From Octopus sinensis (taxonomy: Eukaryota), in NCBI RefSeq assembly GCF_006345805.1, contig NW_021829686.1, positions 1 through 5,989 on the forward strand: 5,989 nucleotides of DNA, read 5' to 3'. A program made the translations under genes and the position numbers. Below the pieces are notes generated by a model. That model was not told the origin of the DNA. It made no database searches and saw only the letters and a list, made by a program, of their open reading frames with translations. Below, piece after piece: positions 1 through 5,989 of this stretch. Each line of letters opens with the position of its first letter. The first letter of the stretch is position 1.

Positions 1-224
1 GTAATCTAATTACAGATAAATAATAAGGGGGAAATGACAGTGGGGAGGGAGAGAAAGCTAGAAAGAATAGCTGAATTAAGAAGGTTGATGCTTACAAAGA
101 AGTTATAGATAAAAATAGATAAAAGATTATCCTAACTTTTTTTTAATTAGTAAATAATATAATCTGATATGGAGATTAATATTTTAACGCTATCACAAAG
201 AGAAGCCTTGTGAATAATTTGAGG

Positions 225-400
225 TGTACACACATTCACTCACCTGTACACATATGTACACACAGATATACACGGGCACATATGCAAACACACACACATA
301 CACACAACTTTATGCATAAATGCAAGCTGGGCACATGCACACTTCACGCAAGTAAATGTTTGTGTGTGTGTGTGTGTATGTGCGGACGCGCGCGTGTGTA
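225..400. repeat. Degenerate (CA)n tract followed by a (TG)n tract
   Basis: CA-rich ~225-308 and (TG)n ~358-383, read directly from the sequence. It explains the H/T- and C/V-rich ORFs 210..491 and 240..701. Confidence 0.85.
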
Positions 401-418
401 TTTCTTCTCTGCACATAT

Positions 419-604
419 AGGCGCAGGTGTGCTGTGCGGTAAGAAGCTTGCTTCCCAAACACATGGTTCCAGGTTCGGTCCCACTGCGTGACACCTTAGG
501 CAAGAGGCTTCTACAATAGCCTTGGGCTGACCAAATCCTTGTGAGTGGATTTGGTAGACAGAAACTGAAATAAGGCCGTCGCATATGTATATCTATATAT
601 CTAT

Positions 605-647
<43 letters not shown>
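419..647 (+). mobile_element. tRNA-derived CORE-type SINE, copy A, 5' half (head, core, internal TA microsatellite)
   Basis: Aligns by eye to the reverse complement of 5100-5267. Starts AGGCGCAGG, has a degenerate A box, B box GGTTCGGTCCC (472-482) and a CORE-like GTGACACCTTAGGCAAG (488-504), then (TA)n. Confidence 0.9.
583..647. repeat. (TA)n microsatellite inside SINE copy A
   Basis: Pure (TA)n at 612-647, preceded by degenerate TA units. Confidence 0.95.
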
Positions 648-650
<3 letters not shown>

Positions 651-739
651 AGAATTCACAAAGAAAAACAAAAGACGAAGACAAGGTGGTGTAGACAACA
701 AACAGATATATTAGTATAACGTTCGGGAAGTGAAAAAGT

Positions 740-775
740 CTTTAACGTTTCGAGCCTACGCTCTTCCACAGAAAG
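740..775 (-). ncRNA. Minimal type I hammerhead ribozyme-like motif with variant core (A6U)
   Basis: The minus strand reads CUUU-CUGUGGA-A-GAGC-GUAG-GCUC-GAAA-C-GUU-AAAG. This gives stem I CUUU/AAAG, stem II GAGC/GCUC, GAAA, palindromic stem III AACGUU and NUH triplet GUU. It lies in sense orientation in a Penelope-like 3' UTR, where such motifs are known to occur. Confidence 0.75.
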
Positions 776-999
776 GAACACAGAAAGAAACAAGGAGAGA
801 AAATAAAGAATGTGTAGTGGCTAGTGATCTATCATGGCGAATGCCGAACAGAAGGATCACACAGGAGAGCTAGTAAGAAGGGGAGATAATAAAGTAGTGG
901 TGATCCCGAAACGAAGGTGCGCGTGCGTGTGCATAAGAGAGCATGTATGTGCGTGTGGAAGAGGGCTGGTGAACTTCACGAATGCGTGTGTGTATGTGT

Positions 1000-1470
1000 A
1001 GGTGTGAAAATGTGGGGCTGGGAAGTGGTCAGTGCTGGTGTGTGAGTAGTGGTGTGTTGTGATGTGATGTGTTGTGTGGTGTGGTGAGATGGTGTTGGGA
1101 GGTGGGGGAAGTGAGATTGAGGAAAACAAGGGTGGGGTGGGGGTTAGGCTGAGGGTGGGGTAGAGGTGGGGTATGTGTGTAGGCAGAGGGTGGGGGTTGA
1201 GGTGGGATATGTGCGAGTGGGTGTAAGGGATGGGGTGGGGTGGGATGGGAAGAAGAGAGAAGGTGGAATTGGAATGTGTAGGGGGATTACGAGGGAGGAG
1301 TGACAATGAAGGGAGAGGGGGAAGGGAGAAGGTGGGTAGGAGTGAAGAGAGGAGAGGAGAGTAGGAGTGAAGAGAAGAAGTAGGAGTCGGAGCAAGAGAG
1401 AAGAGAGGTGGGAGGAAGTAGGTGTGAGGGGGAGAGACGCGAGGGGAGGAGGCTAGATGAAGATGTTAGG
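1000..1470. repeat. G-rich/purine-rich low-complexity tract within the Penelope-like 3' UTR, including a ~35-bp tandem duplication
   Basis: Many G3-G5 runs at 1097-1250 and a purine-dominated stretch at ~1250-1470. TAGGCTGAGGGTGGGGTAGAGGTGGGGTATGTGTG (1145-1179) recurs as TAGGCAGAGGGTGGGGGTTGAGGTGGGATATGTGCG (1180-1215). Confidence 0.85.
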
Positions 1471-1749
1471 AGAGTTGAGCCCATGTGGGGCAAAGGAGCG
1501 AAGAGAGAAGATTAATCCCTGTTCACGGCACAAACAGGAGTCAGGATGGCCCCTGTGCAAGGACAACCCGAACACGGACAGGTGTTGCAAAGAGTGACCG
1601 GTAGAGCGGAAAAGGCACGAGAGCGGGGTGTCATTGCCGAGTCGGGTGTCTCGGAGGTGTTCCGCGAACCGGTCAGCCAAGCGGCGTTCCGTTTGCCCGA
1701 TGTATAGAGAATGGCAGAGAGAGCAGGAGATGCAGTAGATGATATTAGT
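1453..1749 (-). pseudogene. GIY-YIG endonuclease domain of a Penelope-like retroelement (C-terminal 98 aa, still open, no start codon)
   Basis: Residues 32-129 of ORF 1453..1842: TNIIYCISCSLCHSLYIGQTERRLADRFAEH...GHS...REQGLIFSLRSFAPHGLN. It keeps IIY/YIG, the catalytic Arg and Glu, the terminal Asn and CxxC. The first His of the CCHH motif appears replaced by Leu (SCLF). Residues 1-31 are antisense SINE/microsatellite sequence. Confidence 0.9.
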
Positions 1750-1940
1750 GTATGTATGAATGTATGCATGTATGTATGAATAGCTCTGTGTATGTGTGTG
1801 TGTGTCTTTGTGACTGTGTTTGTCCTCCACAATCACTGCCACCGAATGACAACCGGTGTTAGTTTGCTACGTCCCCGTAACTTAGCGTTCGGCAAAAGAG
1901 ACCGATAGAATAAGTACCAGGCTTAATACAAAATAAATGC
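1750..1940 (+). mobile_element. CORE-type SINE copy A, 3' half (lacks the terminal tail)
   Basis: (TATG)n/(TG)n, then TGTGTTTGTCC...TGACAACCG...ACGTCCCCGTAACTTAGCG-TTCGGCAAAAGAGACCGATAGAATAAGTAC, matching the reverse complement of ~4945-5065. Similarity stops near 1940. Confidence 0.88.
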
Positions 1941-2199
1941 TGCATCCATAATGTACATACAGACACACATATGCACACAAACATACTGTGTTGCAACTGT
2001 AGGCAGGCTGTTGGTCATTCACTCTGTAATTATGCTGTTACATAGACACGTGATGAAACGCATTGCGGACTTCTTTACGTAAGTCATTCTATGGCGTATT
2101 AGAATATAAAGGTTCTACTATGAGGCAAGGACAGCAATTCGCCTGAGATTGCTTTTTGTTTTCAAGGGTGTTAGTTCCTTGATTTTCGGTAATACGATT

Positions 2200-3045
2200 T
2201 TTTGGTGGGCTGGTCGATTAAAATTGATGCATGGAGAAATTCTCGTCTGTGATGACAACTGAATATCCTGTAGAATTTCCTATAGAGGAATACCACAGGC
2301 TGATTCAGAATATGCAATTTCTCAGATAGGCAGAGTCTTCAATGATGTAGCTGGTTGGAGAAAGGGGGAATCTGAAGATAATCTTCCATCTTACAGTGCG
2401 GCAGTCATATCACTGGTCTTTAACATTCCAAATAAAACTGGACGTAAAGAAGGTGAACGTATTGATTACACGATCACTTGAGGACATTAGCCGCTTATAG
2501 TTCTTCTTGATATCATTTGACAGAGTGGATGTGTCGCAGTTCTAGAACAACAGAATTTGCTCAGTAAAGAAATACCTCGATTTCGGCAATTCCATGTGGT
2601 TTCGTTGGGTAGGATCTGTGCAGATTCTTTTCATAGTAGTGACATGTGATACTGGGTTCAATGTTTGTTTAGGCAAGAGTAGCTAACCATCACATTACGT
2701 GCGTTGAATGCTTTTTGGTGGTTGTGTGTAGTCAGAAAATGCTGCGCTTTTTTTTTAAATCTATACTTTCGTAGAAATGTTTGTTAAAACGGCTAAATTA
2801 TAGTTGGTGTTAAACCAATTATCTTTTTAACGTCTGATTCTTCTCGGATTTTGGTGGATAGGGGTTTCTCTACATAAAATAACACATCACTGGTCACTTC
2901 TGATTGAAGCCCTGTTAGGGTAAGGTAGGTAAGTTTGAGACTTTCCTGTCTTATGATTAAGACGATTTTTATGTGCCTTAGGGTTCACAGATATTAGCTA
3001 GAATTAAATTCCTGGAGAGTTATATTTAAGCTAAATTTCTTGACA
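2200..3045 (-). pseudogene. Decayed RT C-terminus, linker and Cys-rich GIY-YIG endonuclease of the old Penelope-like element
   Basis: Motif order matches the family pattern as I recall it: WFNPP...KHF...FNRNNVKVSYSC...CNCR...IWxLKD...WKI...CxLCLxEKxxIL...CRHRxKFL. Multiple stops and frameshifts; the GIY and YIG motifs themselves are not readable. Confidence 0.8.
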
Positions 3046-3052
3046 ACGCCTC

Positions 3053-3425
3053 TCTCTTTTATTTGTTTCAGTCATTTGACTGCGACCATGCTGGAGCACC
3101 GCCTTTAATCGAGCAACTCGACCCCGGGACTTATTCTTTTGTAAGCCCAGTACTTATTCTATCGGTCTCTTTTGCCGAACCGCTAAGTAACAGGGACATA
3201 AACACACCAGCATCGGTTGTCAAGCAATGCTAGGGGGACAAACACAGACACACACACGCATATATATATATATACATATATACGACTGGCTTCTTTCAGT
3301 TTCCGTCTACCAAATCCACTCACAAGGCTTTGGTCGGCCCGAGGCTATAGTAGAAGACACTTGCCCAAGGTGTCACGCAGTGGGACTGAACCCGGAACCA
3401 TGTGGTTAGTAAACAAGCTACTTAC
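3053..3425 (-). mobile_element. CORE-type SINE copy B, missing ~21 nt of the 5' head including the A box
   Basis: About 18 differences from copy C outside the internal microsatellite (hand count, ~95% identity). It ends at CTTAC (3425), whereas copy C continues CACACAGCCACTCCTGCGCCT. No clear TSD. Confidence 0.93.
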
Positions 3426-3650
3426 ATCCTTTCTAAATTTATCACGTTGTAGCTGTTCACGTTTAACCGTGTCATCCCGAGAACACGAAATACTCTTCAG
3501 GGCTTTACTGAGATAACTGTTTGGCAGCAACCTTACACATCTTGAACGGTTGCACTTCGGATAGATTAAGGAAGAACTTGATATACATATTCAAGATATT
3601 CAAAGAGTGTCTAAAATATAACTACGCCTAACAAGGTTGCAACAATTTTC
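3426..3650 (-). pseudogene. Decayed reverse transcriptase palm fragment containing the catalytic xRDD motif
   Basis: CNLVRRSYILDTL, then SISCSRDDTVKREQLQRDKFRKDV (part of ORF 3345..3530), resembles CELVGLYIL...GLYRDDG...DRIRKDI. It continues as KKFSLNIT on the far side of SINE copy B. Confidence 0.65.
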
Positions 3651-3867
3651 TTTGTGTGTGTGTTTGTGTGGTGGGGGTGATATATTTACGTATGCAGGTT
3701 AGAACAGCACATACCTCTCACTGCAAAGGATTGGATATTCTAGAAACTTCTGATGCAAATAGGTAAATAATAGTTTCATACAATGTATTTGCCAGCGAAA
3801 TGAACTCAACCTTATCTAAATACAAAAAAAAACCAGAACATACACACACATACATGTATGAATCAAT

Positions 3868-3869
<2 letters not shown>

Positions 3870-3942
<73 letters not shown>
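3870..3942. repeat. (TG)n microsatellite
   Basis: About 36 TG units with two TA interruptions. Confidence 0.97.
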
Positions 3943-3945
<3 letters not shown>

Positions 3946-4004
3946 CCGCTATTTTATACTTGGAAGTATTCTTGCTTAAAACTATTCTTACGGTTCAAAT
4001 AAAA

Positions 4005-4238
4005 AAATTTCTTTACTACCCACAAGGGGCTAAATACAGAGGGGACAAACAAGGACAGACGAATGGATTAAGTCGATTACATCGACCCCAGTGCGTAACT
4101 GGTACTTAATTTATCGAACTCGAAAGGATGAAAGGCAAAGTCGACCTCGGCTGAATTTGAACTCAGAACGTAACGGCAGACGAAATACGGCTACGCATTT
4201 CGCCCGACGTCCTAACGATTCTGCCAGCTCGCCGCCCT
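4005..4238 (-). mobile_element. tRNA-derived MetaSINE-like element, full length, with a 17-bp target-site duplication
   Basis: Flanked by TTACGGTTCAAATAAAA at 3988-4004 and 4239-4255. The minus strand has A box-like TGGCAGAATCG, B box-like GAGTTCAAATTC and a Meta-domain-like CCGAGGTCGACTTTGCCTTTCATCCTTTCGAGTTCGATAAATTAAGTACCAG. Confidence 0.9.
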
Positions 4239-4255
4239 TTACGGTTCAAATAAAA

Positions 4256-4580
4256 GTAGAAATTGAGTAAATTCATTCTACTTCATATTTTGTTACTTCG
4301 AGTTTGATGGCCGGAAGCAGCCCCACCCCATTAAAGGTGGCTACTGTTACAGTTGGATGATATATGAATAAGGAGGCGTAACTAAACGTGGAGTCTATAT
4401 CACACCAATAAAGCATAACAATAAATTCAGCTTTAAACTCTAGTTTACACTTATCAAAGAGGAAGCAATGAGCGAGCTTGGGAGAACCAGTAGACATTTC
4501 AGTATTAAAAACAAATCCGAGAAGATATTCACCTTTCGACATTGGAACTAATACACGAATAATAGATAACTGCTTCAGCA
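4256..4580 (-). pseudogene. Decayed reverse transcriptase fingers/motif A fragment
   Basis: ORF 4273..4581 contains RVLVPMSKGE, CDID...YHPTVT and EVTKYEVE, which resemble RLINPAKSE, FDI..FYPSIT and ISDEEIE. VYWF lies in an adjacent frame. The match is weaker than the endonuclease part. Confidence 0.5.
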
Positions 4581-4852
4581 AAACTAGAACTCAACTGTAT
4601 GCTTTACCCGATCAGTTTTTCTTCCAAGTTCTTCTCTTCAGAACACTTGAATTTGGGAATATACGTATTCTGCACTAGCGAAGTAGAAGTGTTCTGACAT
4701 GACGGCAAATTTTCACTGCTCAAATAAAATGCAGCATAGGTGAAACGCATCGCCGCTTTTTTTTTTTTTTTCTAATGCAGGCATATGGTCGCCGAATTTG
4801 AGTTGTCGAATTATATATCTTAGATATAGTCAAAGTTAAACTTAAAAGGTTA

Positions 4853-5267
4853 TACTCTTTTACTCTTTTACTTGTTTCAGTCATTTGACTGCGGCCATGC
4901 TGGAGCACCGCCTTTAGTCGAGCAAATCGACCCCGGGACTTATTCTTTGTAAGCCCAGTACTTATTCTATCGGTCTCTTTTGCCGAACCGCTAAGTGACG
5001 GGGACGTAAACACACCACCATCGGTTGTCAAGCAATGCTAGGGGGACAAACACAGACACACAAACATATACACACACACTTAATATATATATATACATAT
5101 ATACGACAGGCTTCTTTCAGTTTCCGTCTACCAAATCCACTCACAAGGCATTGGTCGGCCCGGGGCTATAGTAGAAGACACTTGCCCAAGATGCCACGCA
5201 GTGGGACTGAACCCGGAACCATATGGTTGGTTAGCAAGCTACTTACCACACAGCCACTCCTGCGCCT
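4853..5267 (-). mobile_element. CORE-type SINE copy C, full length
   Basis: A box TGGCTGTGTGG (5246-5256), B box GGTTCAGTCCC (5203-5213), CORE-like CTTGGGCAAGTGTCTT, internal TA/TG microsatellite and a 3' tail of tandem AAAGAGTA units (4853-4868). Confidence 0.95.
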
Positions 5268-5569
5268 ATATATTTATATTTAGGATTTAGATACAATATT
5301 AATTGACACAAGGTGAGCATAATTTGGATAGACTTAAAGTACTTGCCGACGTACAACTCTAATTTTTCGCACCAAAATTTACAGACAAAAACAGCAGGTC
5401 GACTTATAAACCAAGGAGATTTTAAAGGACCGAAAGTTCTATAAGAAACGCAGCAGGAGTTGGAAAGATAGTGATGATGTCTGAAGGCTTACATTACATG
5501 TTTACACTGTACAGTTCGTCGATTTGTATTTTGGAAAATATGGTTTGTAATTTTAAAGAATTAGGGCCA

Positions 5570-5666
5570 CGACAACGAAGAAGAGATGGTGACCGCAGAG
5601 GTAGTGGTGACGACGACGACGGCGGCGGCAAAGGTGGTGGCGATGAGGATGATGATGATAATGATG
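5570..5666. repeat. Degenerate trinucleotide tract (GAC/GGC/GGT/GAT)n
   Basis: Read directly from the sequence. It explains the D/G-rich ORF 5471..5695. Confidence 0.85.
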
Positions 5667-5805
5667 TCCGATATGCGCTGAGAAAGCTACACTGAGAGTT
5701 GTGTGTAAAACGAGAAGTGTGTGTCGGATAAAATAGTCAGCAACATTGAGTATATCAGGTGACCATGAAAGTTGGGCAGGTTAAAACTGAACGTCTTACA
5801 TAACA

Positions 5806-5989
5806 TGGGTAATGGTGGTGGTGGTGGTGGTGGTGGTGGTGGTGGTGGTGGTGGTGGTGGGGTGGTGGAGGTGGTGGTAGTGGTCGTCGTCATTGTCGTC
5901 GATGTCATCGTCGTCCTGGTAAAGAAGAAAAAGAGGAAGTAGTAGTAGTAGGAGGAGGAGGAGGACGAGGAGGAGGACGTGGACGAGGA
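5806..5989. repeat. (GGT)n microsatellite grading into (GTC)n, (GTA)n and (GAG)n
   Basis: Pure (GGT)n at ~5814-5860, followed by mixed triplet repeats to the window end. Confidence 0.93.

Larger units (their letters stand above)
648..1749 (-). mobile_element. Penelope-like element (Neptune-like), 5'-truncated copy or solo pseudo-LTR: GIY-YIG endonuclease end plus ~800 bp 3' UTR
   Basis: GIY-YIG domain at 1453-1749 and hammerhead fold at 740-775. Both ends abut the two halves of one SINE at its microsatellite. The clade call is inferred from the IY-x-I-x-CxxC-x3-YIG and REQxLIFxLxxxxPxGLN patterns. Confidence 0.88.
2200..4850 (-). mobile_element. Old, heavily decayed Penelope-like element (RT-linker-GIY-YIG), resembling the Hydra clade, interrupted by younger insertions
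   Basis: Manual minus-strand translation gives collinear motifs across frameshifts and stops: RVLVPMSKGE (4528-4557), VYWF (4484-4495), YILDTL (3603-3620), SRDD (RDD at 3471-3479), KKFSLNIT (3018-3041), WFN (2809-2817), HF...FNARNVMVSYSCL (VSYSCL at 2670-2687), WNCRNR (2577-2594), FIWNVKD (2416-2436), VRWKII, LCLSEKLHIL (2306-2335), CHHRREFL (2234-2257). Boundaries are approximate. Confidence 0.78.

Noticed and set aside
210-701. ORFs 210..491 (+) and 240..701 (-)
   Set aside because: They are translations of CA/TG/TA microsatellites and SINE copy A. The same peptides (RLPNPLTR, RSGTEPGT) recur at every SINE copy.
857-1493. P/H/S/L-rich ORFs 857..1306, 1144..1395 and 1287..1493
   Set aside because: Open only because the C-rich strand lacks stop codons. 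They show no domain motifs and lie in the element's 3' UTR.
1750-1842. N-terminal 31 aa of ORF 1453..1842 as part of a chimeric endonuclease gene
   Set aside because: The start is GTG inside antisense SINE sequence, with an in-frame stop at 1867-1869 and no ATG. There is no evidence of expression.
2000-2200. Search for a hammerhead or pseudo-LTR downstream of the fossil element
   Set aside because: I could see no CUGANGA...GAAA on the minus strand and no convincing repeat of the 5' region. The TGAAACGCAT match between ~2054 and 4741 is only 10 bp and is likely chance.
2372-2390. CTGAAGA hammerhead-like core on + (others on - near 3494-3500 and 4635-4641)
   Set aside because: None is followed by a closed stem II and GAAA with a matching stem I, and all lie within the fossil coding region.
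3217-3516. ORFs 3217..3516 and 3227..3409 (likewise 4720..5031 and 5035..5283)
   Set aside because: Largely SINE-derived and duplicated between copies B and C. These are typical spurious predictions.
5195-5267. SINE heads as true tRNA genes
   Set aside because: They have A and B boxes, but I could not fold a complete cloverleaf, and they continue directly into SINE bodies.
5471-5908. Asp/Gly-rich ORF 5471..5695 and poly-Pro/Thr ORF 5687..5908 (formin- or mucin-like look)
   Set aside because: They come from (GAT/GGT/GTC)n repeats, and the flanking residues show no recognisable domain.
1-5989. Prokaryotic systems (CRISPR array, group I intron homing endonuclease, UvrC)
   Set aside because: There is no regular repeat-spacer array. 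The context is animal repeat DNA, and the GIY-YIG domain has the CxxC insert and C-terminal motif typical of Penelope-like elements.

Overview
Eukaryotic, repeat-rich, non-genic DNA. The SINE families look like those of octopus/coleoid cephalopod genomes; this is recognition from memory, not a search. I found no host gene, and almost all ORFs in the supplied track are artefacts of microsatellites or SINEs. The window is a stack of nested retroelements. (1) A tRNA/CORE-type SINE (+, 419-~1940) is split at its internal (TA)n tract by a ~1.1 kb Penelope-like (Neptune-type) fragment (-, 648-1749). That fragment has an open GIY-YIG endonuclease domain and, in its 3' UTR, a minimal hammerhead ribozyme fold with a non-canonical core (CUGUGGA, 740-775). 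(2) A heavily decayed, near full-length second Penelope-like element (RT + linker + GIY-YIG, resembling the Hydra clade; -, ~2200-4850, possibly to ~5560) is barely visible in the ORF track. Two young copies of the CORE-type SINE and one MetaSINE-like element with a perfect 17-bp TSD sit in or next to it. The window ends in trinucleotide repeats.
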